A DNA stretch of 64,000 nucleotides from a virus. Lineage: Duplodnaviria > Caudoviricetes. The stretch spans positions 77,281-141,280 of the IMG/VR virus record IMGVR_UViG_2767802241_000002. One strand, written 5' to 3'. The position numbers and the translations under genes are program-made. Shown here in pieces: positions 48,816 through 58,557 of this stretch. The notes under the pieces were generated by a model. The model ran no database searches and was not told the origin of the DNA. It was given only the letters and a program-made list of their open reading frames with translations. The stretch's first letter is position 1. Every line of letters starts with the position of its first letter.

Positions 48816-51804
48816 TATTGTAGAGGCTCTTTTTGTTCAGCTTGGTTTAGACACCAATGGTTATACAGAAGATGCAAAAAAGGCTGTAGATCAAAATAAT
48901 AAACTTGAAAAGTCTCTCGATAAAGTTGAGCAGCAATCTATTACCGCAGGAAAGGCACTGGATGGCTTAAAAGGTGTTTTGTCAGCAGTCACTAAAACAG
49001 TGGCAGGAATGGCCGCCGTGATTGTGGCAGGTACTGGTCTTGCTAAACTCGCCCAAGAGGCACGCCAAGCCAATGATGAACTGTATTTCTTAGAAAAAAA
49101 CCTCAATATGTCGGCTCAATCTATATCTGCATGGCGTGGTGCTGCTGATGCGATGGGTGGTTCAGCTGAGGGAATGACGGCGACATTAAAAGGTCTTTCT
49201 CGTTCAATCAACGATTTTGTTGTGATGGGCGATGCCTCAATGCTTCCATACTTCAATGCCATGGGCGTGAGTATGGTTGATGCGAATGGTAAAGCGAGAG
49301 ATATGAACGATGTACTGCTTGATATGTCTGAATCATTATCTGGTATGAACCAGCAACAAGCCTATAGTCTTGCCTCTAGCATGGGTTTTGATGAGGGTAC
49401 AATTAACATGCTGTTGCAAGGTCGAGATGCGTTAAAGGAAACGCTGGATCTGCAAAATAGCATGTACAGTTCCAGCAAAGAAGATTTAGAGAACAGCCGC
49501 GAGCTAACGAAGCAACAAGCCATCATGAATGCGCACTGGAATTCCATGAAGCTGATGATTGGTAATGCTTTGACGCCAGTTTTAACAAAGCTTGTAAAAC
49601 TGTTTAATCAAATGTTCGAGTTTTTTCAGAAGCATCAAAATACCATTAAGCATGTCTTTGAAGGGATTGCTGTTGTCATTGGCGCGGTATTAATTCCTGT
49701 TTTATATGCCGCAGCTACAGCGGCGTGGGCTTTGATGGCGCCGTTCATGCCTATGATTCTACTAGTCGGTGCATTGGGTGCTGCATTTATCTTGTTATAC
49801 GACGACTATAAAACTTGGGCTGAAGGTGGTGAGTCGCTTTTAGACTGGGGTAAGTTTAAAAAGTTCTTTACGACGACTGTTGAAACCGTTGATAAACTCA
49901 AAAAAGGTTTCCATGATCTTAAAAATGGCTATCAAGACTGGGTTGCGAGCGCGACCAGTAAATCAACAGAATGGTTACGTTTGAAGGGCTTTATTGATGA
50001 AAATGGTTTGTCGGTTGATTCATTGATTAAGGGGTTTAAAAATCTTGCTAGAGAAATGTTAGATAAAGTTATCCCAACTTTGAAAGGCTATGCGTCGATC
50101 ATCACCAAAATCTTTAGCGGTGATTTTAAAGGCGCGATGGAAGAAGCTGGGCAGATGATGGAAAACTTTGCTGAGCGTGTTGATTCCACATTTAACGCTG
50201 TGAAAGATAAGGTACTTGAGGTTACGGACACGATTGCGGGTAACGACCCTAATGCAGAAAATTCGCTTACATCTACGGTCGGTAAATACAACCTTGATAC
50301 TAAATCAGCTGTTTCTGAGGCAAGAAAAGTCCAGTTGCCTAATCCAAAACTACCAGAATTGGTGAGTGGTGGAAGCTCGCCAGTGCTTGAAAAAGCATCT
50401 AAAGAAACAGTTGCAGCTGCTGATTATGCAGTTGCCCATGCGCTAAAAGCGAGTGAAGGAAAATGCGCAAAATATGTGAATGATTCTTTACGCTCACAAG
50501 GCTTTAAAATCTGGGGGCACGGTAAAGAAGTTGCGGGCAACTTAATTAAAAGTAATCAAGGGTTTAAAAAAGTCGAATACAACAAAGACTATGTGCCACA
50601 AATCGGGGATGTAATGTCGATGGGCGCTTATAGTCCTGCGCACAAAGCGCAACAAATCAAAAAGCATAAAGTTGAGGCGGGTCATGTTGCTATTTACACA
50701 GAAAAAGGTTGGGTGTCAGATTTTATGCAGGGGGAAAAGTACGGAAATACAGGCGCTGGCGGGAAGGGTTATTTCGATGCAATCAAAGCTGGCACATTAA
50801 AGCCGACAATTGCGCGCCGTTCGACTCCCGTTGCTAAACCTGCTTCAAACGGCGGATTTAAAATGCCTAGCTTGATTAGTGGTGCACATGCTGCAACGCC
50901 GCCAAATACTCATCAGAACATGGCTCTTGAAGCAGTCGCATTACATCTTAAAACGTTGCAAATGATGGGTGGGAATAATAGTGGGAGGGATTTCAATGAT
51001 TTGATGTCTGCGGCGGCAGATAAGTACAACATAAAAGATGTAAGAGAGCGTGCTGCGTTTATGGCTATTGTCGGGCATGAAACGGGGGATGGTAAAAAGC
51101 TATCAGAAGATATGCGATATTCGTATAAGGGGTGGAAAAATATTTCACCACGCCAAGAAAATGTAAGAAATTGGTTAAAAGCACATACTGAAGCAGATTT
51201 CAAAAAATTATCCGCAACAGACAAGCTTAACATTATGTATGAAGGAATGAACGGTAACAAGCCTGGTGAAGGTGCTAAGTTCAAGGGGCGTGGAGCAATT
51301 CAGTTGACTGGGCGTGCTAACTATCAAGCATATGCAAATTATGCGAATCGACAAGATATTATGAGTAACCCCGATCTTCTTGCAACAGATAAGCATCTAG
51401 CTGCTGACTCTGCTGCGTGGTATTGGAGTGTTTATAGAAAATCTGCATCCAAAGCTGCTAAAGAAGGTGATATTAAAAAAGCTAGAAAACTTGTGAACGG
51501 GGATGAAATTGGTATGGATGATGTTTTACGCCGTTACCAAGAATTGTTAAAAAATACAAATACAAAGAATTCATCACTAGTCAATAATGATGCACTATCT
51601 AGACTACAATCTTTTCAAAATACTGGTAACATGCTGAATAATAAGCAATCACCGACTATGAATAATAATCAAAAAAAGATTGATGTCAATATTGGTGATA
51701 TTAGCGTTATGACAGCATCGAATACAGTCACTGGAACTGTCCAAGACGGTTTTGCGGCTGCCAAAGACGGTGTTAATCAGTTAATGACGGGGATGATTGT
51801 GTGA
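48808..51804 (+). CDS. Tape measure protein with Tae3-like amidase and GH19 domains
   Basis: Helical N-terminal part; CAKYV...GHVAIY...WVSDF.Q at ~50410-50820; HETG...KGRGAIQLTGRANY at ~50990-51545. Confidence 0.9.
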   Translation: MSNIVEALFVQLGLDTNGYTEDAKKAVDQNNKLEKSLDKVEQQSITAGKALDGLKGVLSAVTKTVAGMAAVIVAGTGLAKLAQEARQANDELYFLEKNLNMSAQSISAWRGAADAMGGSAEGMTATLKGLSRSINDFVVMGDASMLPYFNAMGVSMVDANGKARDMNDVLLDMSESLSGMNQQQAYSLASSMGFDEGTINMLLQGRDALKETLDLQNSMYSSSKEDLENSRELTKQQAIMNAHWNSMKLMIGNALTPVLTKLVKLFNQMFEFFQKHQNTIKHVFEGIAVVIGAVLIPVLYAAATAAWALMAPFMPMILLVGALGAAFILLYDDYKTWAEGGESLLDWGKFKKFFTTTVETVDKLKKGFHDLKNGYQDWVASATSKSTEWLRLKGFIDENGLSVDSLIKGFKNLAREMLDKVIPTLKGYASIITKIFSGDFKGAMEEAGQMMENFAERVDSTFNAVKDKVLEVTDTIAGNDPNAENSLTSTVGKYNLDTKSAVSEARKVQLPNPKLPELVSGGSSPVLEKASKETVAAADYAVAHALKASEGKCAKYVNDSLRSQGFKIWGHGKEVAGNLIKSNQGFKKVEYNKDYVPQIGDVMSMGAYSPAHKAQQIKKHKVEAGHVAIYTEKGWVSDFMQGEKYGNTGAGGKGYFDAIKAGTLKPTIARRSTPVAKPASNGGFKMPSLISGAHAATPPNTHQNMALEAVALHLKTLQMMGGNNSGRDFNDLMSAAADKYNIKDVRERAAFMAIVGHETGDGKKLSEDMRYSYKGWKNISPRQENVRNWLKAHTEADFKKLSATDKLNIMYEGMNGNKPGEGAKFKGRGAIQLTGRANYQAYANYANRQDIMSNPDLLATDKHLAADSAAWYWSVYRKSASKAAKEGDIKKARKLVNGDEIGMDDVLRRYQELLKNTNTKNSSLVNNDALSRLQSFQNTGNMLNNKQSPTMNNNQKKIDVNIGDISVMTASNTVTGTVQDGFAAAKDGVNQLMTGMIV

Positions 51805-52220
51805 TGAAAAAAATACTTGGGCTTTGTTTTTTACTTGCTTCATTTGGTATTGAAGCTGCCAGCAACGTGGTTTTTCTTTGTGATGTTAAAGGCGGCAAGC
51901 AAGTAAAAATTACTAAAATTGGTGATTATTATCAGTACAGCTTCGGAAAGCCGAATAATCCAGAACTCGTTTTTCGAAATAGCAAAGCCCAAGTTATTAA
52001 ACAATCGCCGCGGTGGGATGGCATGGGAAGCCACATGTGGGCAGGGATGCTTTTTAAAAACGGTGCTTATGAATATCATGTGACAGACAGTATTGATCGA
52101 ATGAATGAAGAGCATGCAGTTCATTCGGGTGTTACTGTGTCGAAAGGTGATACCTATTTAACATACGTACAGTGTGTTAATGAGGCTCAAGCGAAATGGG
52201 ATGATGAGTTTATGATTTAA
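51804..52220 (+). CDS. Secreted protein, candidate muramidase immunity
   Basis: Signal peptide, two Cys in the mature chain, 'YSFGK...PEL', 'FKNG.Y.Y'; start overlaps the TMP stop. Confidence 0.7.
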   Translation: MKKILGLCFLLASFGIEAASNVVFLCDVKGGKQVKITKIGDYYQYSFGKPNNPELVFRNSKAQVIKQSPRWDGMGSHMWAGMLFKNGAYEYHVTDSIDRMNEEHAVHSGVTVSKGDTYLTYVQCVNEAQAKWDDEFMI

Positions 52221-52295
52221 TTAATGTATCCAAAATATAAAAATAGATAAATATTTAGATGTTTTATTAACGGGTTAACGGGGAACAACAATTTT

Positions 52296-52793
52296 ATGAA
52301 ATTTGCTCTTTTAAAGAAGTGGCAGGTCATATGCTTATTTGCAATTTCTTGCTCAATGTCTTCATTTGCAAATGCAGATGACGCTGGGCCAATTCGAACA
52401 ATTCAAGCTCTATATAGCCATTCAATGGAAATGAATAAACATTTTCGAGATTACGATAGCAATAACTTATTAGCGAAATTTGCTACTAAAGATTTAAAAC
52501 AACTCTTTATCGCTGATGACCAACTCATGGAACGGACAGGCGAGCTAGGCTGTATAGAAATTGATTTAATGTGGCTGACAAATGGTGATGCTGAGGGTGC
52601 TGAGTTATTTTTAGAACAAATTGATGATCGTCATGTAGCTGTTGTAATTGGCCAAACGGAGGACATGGAAAGTCGTTCTTTAATCTATCAGATGGACTGT
52701 GATGGCGCTGCTTGTAAAATTAATGATTTGATTATTGGCGGTGAATTTTCATTTAAACAAGGTTTGGCTGAATGTTTAAGTGAGGCTGAGTAA
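52296..52793 (+). CDS. Secreted DUF3828/YbjP-like protein, candidate amidase immunity
   Basis: Signal peptide; 'I.ALY...L..F....L..L...D......G...CI..D......D...C....CKI.D'. Confidence 0.6.
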   Translation: MKFALLKKWQVICLFAISCSMSSFANADDAGPIRTIQALYSHSMEMNKHFRDYDSNNLLAKFATKDLKQLFIADDQLMERTGELGCIEIDLMWLTNGDAEGAELFLEQIDDRHVAVVIGQTEDMESRSLIYQMDCDGAACKINDLIIGGEFSFKQGLAECLSEAE

Positions 52794-52864
52794 GGGCTTT
52801 AAGCCACCACGATAATAGATAATTTAAAAGTGATATTGAAACATTTTAATAACGGGGTGAAGTT

Positions 52865-53157
52865 TTGAAAAATTTCTTTTTTTTTGATGCGGTACTTTCG
52901 ACAAAGATAATCACACTGATCTACTGGGTCATGCTTTTATTTGGATTTTAGGGATTGGATTGATCGTTGTTGGTAATCAAGCCTCTGGACATTTGCAGTT
53001 TAGCGGTGGTCTTGGGATTATTGCTGGAATTGCTGTGATTATTTTCGGCACTCTGATTGCTCGACTATGGGCTGAATTCATGGTTGTAATATTTAAGATT
53101 CAGCAGAATACACGGCGTACTGCTGAGGCGTTAGAGCGACGGAATAATATCCTTTAA
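52865..53157 (+). pseudogene. DUF4282-like membrane protein, frameshift near 52947
   Basis: MKNFFFFDAVLSTKIITLIYW... joined to ...ARLWAEFMVVIFKI..N. Confidence 0.6.
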
Positions 53158-53230
53158 AACAAAAACCGCCTTCGGGTGGTTTTTTACAATGAAAATTAGT
53201 ATCTTGATTAAAATTCAAGGAATTTTGAAT

Positions 53231-53575
53231 ATGAATAAGCTTTTAGTGACTACTTTGATTTTAATTATCTCAGGGTTATCTCATGCTAATCAGTCAAGAT
53301 ATGTTTTAAGTGATGATAAACAGTTATGCGAAGCAGCTAGTTATTTTGCAGCAGTAGCACTTGAGGGGCATTACCGTGGTGAAGATAAGAAAATTCTTCT
53401 TGATTACATAAATGAAAGTCAAGAGATACCTAACATAAAGAAAACTTACTTCAAAATGCTTTTAAATGAAGCCTACAACAAGCCTATTTATTCATCTGAA
53501 GAAGAAATGAAGAAGGCGCTTATGAAGTTTCATGATGATACGTCTAAGGATTGTATGAAGAAAGCATTAAGATAG
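53231..53575 (+). CDS. Secreted hypothetical protein (moron)
   Basis: Signal peptide and two Cys; bracketed by CCTTCGGG terminators at 53163-85 and 53596-616. Confidence 0.65.
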   Translation: MNKLLVTTLILIISGLSHANQSRYVLSDDKQLCEAASYFAAVALEGHYRGEDKKILLDYINESQEIPNIKKTYFKMLLNEAYNKPIYSSEEEMKKALMKFHDDTSKDCMKKALR

Positions 53576-53744
53576 TCTGATATCAAGTTATACACACCAC
53601 CTTCGGGTGGTTTTTTAATACCCAAAGAAAAAACCCCGATGTTTGCCGCACCGGGGTTTTTGTATATCAACCCAAAAAGAGGATGGATAAAATTATATGT
53701 TTGATAAAGATAACAAATTTTCGTTTAAGTTCCTAGGAGTATTT

Positions 53745-53873
53745 ATGGAAGCCATAAACTTGAAGCCCAATAGTTTTGTAAAAATCTTTTGGCACCTTGC
53801 ATTGATTGCTGTGTTTATTATGTTTTCGCGCTTTGCAATTCAGGTTGCAAGTCATTATATGGGGCTGGTCTGA
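53745..53873 (+). CDS. 42-aa single-TM peptide, type I toxin-like
   Basis: AGGAG RBS; MEAINLKPNSFVKIFWHLALIAVFIMFSRFAIQVASHYMGLV*; upstream hairpin at 53628-53661. Confidence 0.5.
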   Translation: MEAINLKPNSFVKIFWHLALIAVFIMFSRFAIQVASHYMGLV

Positions 53874-53948
53874 ACATATGAAATATTTAAATTAAAACCG
53901 ACCTAATTCAAGGTCGGTTTTTTAATGCCTAAAATTTGGAGATTAACC

Positions 53949-54578
53949 ATGATGGAAGGAATGCCCGACATACCTGATTTTAAGGGGCTAGCCACCTCTG
54001 GAACTGATGCGGGGATTAGCCTTGGTGGTGCTGCGCTAATCAATACTGTTCTAGGAAATTATTGGGGAATATTTAACGAGTACGGCGTACCTATTCTTTT
54101 AGCTGATAACGTTGTCTCGTTAAACCATTCTGAATCATTTCAAATTTGTAATGCACCGGTCGAAAAAGGCGGATTTGTTAGCTATAACAAAGTAAAGGAG
54201 CCTTTTAAGGCAACGGTACAATTGAGTAAAGGCAGCGGAGGAACCTTGGCGCGCGGCGCTTTTCTTGCTCAGATTGACATGCTTGCAAACAGTACACTCA
54301 AATTTAATATCGTTACGCCTGATTACGTTTATACCAACGCTACTATAGTGCGGCATAGTAATGCTCGATCCGCAGAGGACGGCGCACAACTCATTAAGGT
54401 TAACATTGATCTTGAGGAGGTTATGGAGGCTAAAGTTGATTATTCATTTGAGGAAGTTAAAAAACCTGACGATGCCAAAACAAAGGACGGCGGAGAGCGT
54501 CAGCCACAGGATGCCAGCGGCAATGCATCGATACTGAAAAAAGCAGCAGATGCGGTTAAAGGTATTTTTGGAAATTAG
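53949..54578 (+). CDS. Baseplate/tube initiator (Dit-like) protein
   Basis: 'PVE.G.F.SYNKV..P'. Confidence 0.7.
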   Translation: MMEGMPDIPDFKGLATSGTDAGISLGGAALINTVLGNYWGIFNEYGVPILLADNVVSLNHSESFQICNAPVEKGGFVSYNKVKEPFKATVQLSKGSGGTLARGAFLAQIDMLANSTLKFNIVTPDYVYTNATIVRHSNARSAEDGAQLIKVNIDLEEVMEAKVDYSFEEVKKPDDAKTKDGGERQPQDASGNASILKKAADAVKGIFGN

Positions 54579-54580
54579 TC

Positions 54581-54856
54581 ATGATATATACAATCCCGCT
54601 CGACGCCGTGCCTAATCAAACGGTCAGCACGACAATAAATGGCAAGCAATACCGCATTACACTTGAAACACGGTTAGATCAGCTTTATGCAACGATTGAA
54701 GATAATGCTGGACTAATTATTGCTAATCGCATTTGTCTAGCATCTGCTCCAATTACTAGGAACTTTGTATTTATTGATTTGGATGGTAGTCAAGATCCGA
54801 TCTACTCAGATATTGGTCCTAATGGGTGCTTTAAATTGGTGTGGAGAAATGAATAA
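54581..54856 (+). CDS. Baseplate protein
   Basis: 'IPL..VPNQ', 'F.D..G..DP'. Confidence 0.7.
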   Translation: MIYTIPLDAVPNQTVSTTINGKQYRITLETRLDQLYATIEDNAGLIIANRICLASAPITRNFVFIDLDGSQDPIYSDIGPNGCFKLVWRNE

Positions 54857-55721
54857 GAAAATAATCAAAGTATCGGTGATGCTCAATGACGATAATTTTA
54901 ATGATTCCGGTGATAACACATTAACTTTTACTGGCTTAAAAACATCTGTATCGGTCATGTTTGGTAACGGTGCACTCATGCCCTTTGCACAAATTAAGAT
55001 CTATGGCTTAAAGCTAGAAAATTGCTTAAAGCTGCTACGCGTTCGATGGAATGAAATGAAAGCGCTCATGAATCGCGTGCGGATCGATGCGGGCGAAGAG
55101 GGTGGAGATCTTGTCAAAGTGTTTGAGGGTAATATCACTTTTGCTTATCCTGACATGAGTAATGCGCCGAATGTTGCCTTAGTTATTGAGTCGCAATCTG
55201 CTGTTTTTGAAAATATGAAGCCAGTGCCATCTACATCATTTGAAGGGGAGAATGATGTAGCAACTATGATTGAAACTATCTGTAAAGATATGGGATATCA
55301 GTTTGAAAATAATGCTGTAACGCAAATTATTGAAGGTCAATATTTAGCAGATAGTAGTATCGCAAAGATTCAAAACATTGCACAAGCCGCAGATATAGAT
55401 CTTTATATTGAACAAAATCTAATAGCTATTGCGCCGAAAGGCGGTAGCAGAAATATCAAGGTTCCGACCATTTCTCCGAAAGCAGGTTTAATTGGCTATC
55501 CAACACCTGATTTACGTGGAGTTTCATTTAAATGTCTTTATGACCCTGCAATTCGTTTCGGTGGGACAGTCTCTATTAGTGATAGTGAAATTACGGTATG
55601 CAATGGTGATTGGCGAGTCTATGGCGTAGATATATATCTAGATTCTAATACACCAAATGGTAATTGGTTTTGCGAAGTCAACGCAACATTCAAGGATAGC
55701 GCAAATGCAGTCAAAAAATGA
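54849..55721 (+). CDS. Baseplate hub protein
   Basis: 'IYGL', 'F.G.I..A', 'GLIGYP'. Confidence 0.75.
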   Translation: MNKKIIKVSVMLNDDNFNDSGDNTLTFTGLKTSVSVMFGNGALMPFAQIKIYGLKLENCLKLLRVRWNEMKALMNRVRIDAGEEGGDLVKVFEGNITFAYPDMSNAPNVALVIESQSAVFENMKPVPSTSFEGENDVATMIETICKDMGYQFENNAVTQIIEGQYLADSSIAKIQNIAQAADIDLYIEQNLIAIAPKGGSRNIKVPTISPKAGLIGYPTPDLRGVSFKCLYDPAIRFGGTVSISDSEITVCNGDWRVYGVDIYLDSNTPNGNWFCEVNATFKDSANAVKK

Positions 55722-56388
55722 AAATATGGGTTTGCTGAAGCCCGAGCAGGCTATGGGAGGAGCAGCTCAATTTAATGCTGTATTCCGCCACCTGACAGGA
55801 AAGATGCAGACGATTATGCTGGTTGAAATTACCTCTGTACAGGGCGAAGGGGTGGAGCCTGTTGGCTCGGTTAGTGTCAGACCTATGGTGTCTATGCTGG
55901 ATGGGGCAGATAATATTATTGAACATGGGACAATACATAACGTCCCTTTTTTTCGTCTGCAGGGTGGGAAAAATGCGGTAGTACTTGATCCACAGGTCGG
56001 AGACATTGGTCTGTGCGCATTTTGCTCGCGCGATATTTCAGCTGTGAAACGAACCAAAGCAGCAGCACCACCAGCAAGCAAACGCCAATACGATTGGTCG
56101 GATGGTTTATACATTGGTGGATTCTTGAATGACACCCCAGTGCAATACATTCAATTTGCAAAGGACCATATTAAGGTCTATTCCCCCAATAAAATCATTC
56201 TTGATGCCCCTGATGTTGAAACGACAGGCAATTTAGCGGTTGCTGGTGATGTTACGGTCGAAAAATCTATAACGGCGCAAGGCATTATCAAATCATTAGC
56301 TGATGTGATGGCTAAGGCTATCAGCCTTATTACGCATAAACATCCGGGCGTTCAAAATGGCAGTTCAAGCACAGGACCCGCGCAATGA
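55705..56388 (+). CDS. Baseplate spike (Gp138-like)
   Basis: 'P.FRLQGG..AV..DP.VGD.G'; C-terminal HKH metal motif. Confidence 0.85.
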   Translation: MQSKNENMGLLKPEQAMGGAAQFNAVFRHLTGKMQTIMLVEITSVQGEGVEPVGSVSVRPMVSMLDGADNIIEHGTIHNVPFFRLQGGKNAVVLDPQVGDIGLCAFCSRDISAVKRTKAAAPPASKRQYDWSDGLYIGGFLNDTPVQYIQFAKDHIKVYSPNKIILDAPDVETTGNLAVAGDVTVEKSITAQGIIKSLADVMAKAISLITHKHPGVQNGSSSTGPAQ

Positions 56389-56738
56389 AGACTTTATTTT
56401 TAATGCCCAATACGTGGGATTTAGCGCTTGATGTGCATGGAAATTTAGCCACAGCAACATCAACTTATCAACGTGCCCAGGACATTGCCAGTGCTTGCCG
56501 AGTTTTTAAACAAGACATGTATTTCAATCAAACTGAAGGTATTCCTTATCTAGAAGATATCTTAGGTAAAGGTAAATACTCACTAGCGCTGTACCGTAAA
56601 CATTTAACTGATGCCGCGCTTTCAATCGAAGGTGTTACAGAGGTTAAGGTCGATTTATATCCTCTTAATAACCGCCTGTTACGGGGGGCAATCCAATTTA
56701 AAGATAAAGACGGAAAAACAGGAGTTATTGATTTATGA
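56385..56738 (+). CDS. Baseplate wedge (sheath initiator-like) protein
   Basis: 'WDL.LD..GN.A', 'GIPY'. Confidence 0.7.
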   Translation: MKTLFLMPNTWDLALDVHGNLATATSTYQRAQDIASACRVFKQDMYFNQTEGIPYLEDILGKGKYSLALYRKHLTDAALSIEGVTEVKVDLYPLNNRLLRGAIQFKDKDGKTGVIDL

Positions 56739-57931
56739 CCTTCCCCCTTATTGAGATTACCGAAAAAGGCGTAATTGCTCCAACTACCGATGCCGTGGTT
56801 GCTGGCTTGTGGGACTTATTTAAACAAGCCTTTGGTGATGATCTAAATATTGACATGCGTACACCACAAGGTCAGCTCGTAACATCATTAGCTGCCATGA
56901 TTCAAGATGAACGTAATCAGATGATTGAATTACTCAATATGACAGATCCACGTTATTCAAAAGGCGTGTGGCAAGAAGGTATTGGCAATATCTATTTTTT
57001 GAATCGTAAGCGCGAAACATATTCAACAGTTGAACTGAGTGTGATGGGGCTACGTGGTGTTAAGGTTGCGGCAGGTACTCAGTTTTCCGATAGTCTTGGT
57101 TATGTCTGGAAAACTTTGAATGATGTAACGATTGATGAATCAGGAATAGCGGCTGTAAAGGCTGAATGTACAACACCAGGACAGATTTCTGCAGCAGCAC
57201 ATTCAATTAACACATTGGTTAAATCAATTTCTGGTATCGATCGTTTAACAAACCCGAAAGCTGCCCAACTTGGGCGTGAAGAAGAGGGGCGGATTGATTT
57301 TGAAGAGCGTCGACGTTTATCAGTAGCACTGAATGCAAAAAACACCAATGCGGCAACTTATGGCGCCGTAGCTGATATCGACGGTGTTGTGAGTTTGTAT
57401 GTTGAGGATAATCCAACAGATGAAACTGTACATAGTGGTATCACTCGGTACCCATTAATTCGCAATAGTATTTTAGTTTCTGTGATGGGGGGTGACGATT
57501 ATGAAATAGCTAATACTTTATTGATTAAAGCTGGATCAGGCTGCTCATTTAACGGTAACACAGAGGTAATCGTTAAAGATACTGAGAATTTCCAGATTAG
57601 ACCGCCAACTTACAAAGTTAAAATTTTGCGTCCTACGGCAGTACCTGTTTATTTCAAGATTGTTTTAGAGGATCTATCAGAACTCTCATTTCATGATGAG
57701 TCAAATATAAAAGATGCGTTGATTGATGCCACAAAATCAGGGAAAACAAAGATGAATATAGGGTTACCTGTGATTGCATTACGTTATGTCTGTCGTATTT
57801 CTGCTGTAGCTGATTTGGTTCTAGAATCATTACGAATTAGTAGAGATGGTATTAATTTTACTGATGTTTTGGAGTTTGGGGTGGACGAGTTTCCCTGTAC
57901 TTCAGGAGAATATATCGAGTTCGTGCAATGA
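56735..57931 (+). CDS. Baseplate J-like protein
   Basis: 'TPQGQL', 'G...E....FE.RR'. Confidence 0.85.
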   Translation: MTFPLIEITEKGVIAPTTDAVVAGLWDLFKQAFGDDLNIDMRTPQGQLVTSLAAMIQDERNQMIELLNMTDPRYSKGVWQEGIGNIYFLNRKRETYSTVELSVMGLRGVKVAAGTQFSDSLGYVWKTLNDVTIDESGIAAVKAECTTPGQISAAAHSINTLVKSISGIDRLTNPKAAQLGREEEGRIDFEERRRLSVALNAKNTNAATYGAVADIDGVVSLYVEDNPTDETVHSGITRYPLIRNSILVSVMGGDDYEIANTLLIKAGSGCSFNGNTEVIVKDTENFQIRPPTYKVKILRPTAVPVYFKIVLEDLSELSFHDESNIKDALIDATKSGKTKMNIGLPVIALRYVCRISAVADLVLESLRISRDGINFTDVLEFGVDEFPCTSGEYIEFVQ

Positions 57932-58557
57932 TAAATGTCTATGAAACTTTGATGTCACAATATGCAAATAGTCCAGTATTGCTCAAAATGATTGAGGGAC
58001 TGAATGAATGTATTGATCCATCCAAAAACATTGATGATTTTTACCGAATAGTTTGGAACGTGCATACAGCCAAAGGTTTTGGGTTAGACCTATGGGGACG
58101 TATTGTCGGAATAAATCGAAATATTGGTACATCAAGCCCTGAAGCAGAGGCGTTTGGTTTTAAGTCTAAAAAGCCGTCATTTTATCCATTTAATCAACGC
58201 CCTTTTAGTGGTGCTGGAACTAAGTTCGCATCCTTCAAGTTGAGTGATGAACAATATCGTCGATTAATTCTAATAAAAGCTGCCGCAAATTTAACTTTGG
58301 CAACAGCACCGAACATCAATAAATTTTTGAAGATGATTTTTAATGATCGTTGCTATTTTCTTATAACAGGTCATATGACAGCTCGTTATGTTTTTGAATT
58401 TAAGCTAAGTCCATTGGAGCGAATCATCGTTTTTAAACTTAATTTATTACCAAGACCGAGCGGTGTTCTAGTCGAGTATTTAGAAAGTCCTATCGGGAAA
58501 ATTTTTGGGTTCTCTGGAACGGGTTTTCAGCCATTTAATCAAGGAGTTTTTGCTTAA
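57928..58557 (+). CDS. DUF2612-like baseplate protein
   Basis: 'SQYANSP', 'TA.GFGLD.WGRIVG', 'PRP.GV'. Confidence 0.85.
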   Translation: MINVYETLMSQYANSPVLLKMIEGLNECIDPSKNIDDFYRIVWNVHTAKGFGLDLWGRIVGINRNIGTSSPEAEAFGFKSKKPSFYPFNQRPFSGAGTKFASFKLSDEQYRRLILIKAAANLTLATAPNINKFLKMIFNDRCYFLITGHMTARYVFEFKLSPLERIIVFKLNLLPRPSGVLVEYLESPIGKIFGFSGTGFQPFNQGVFA

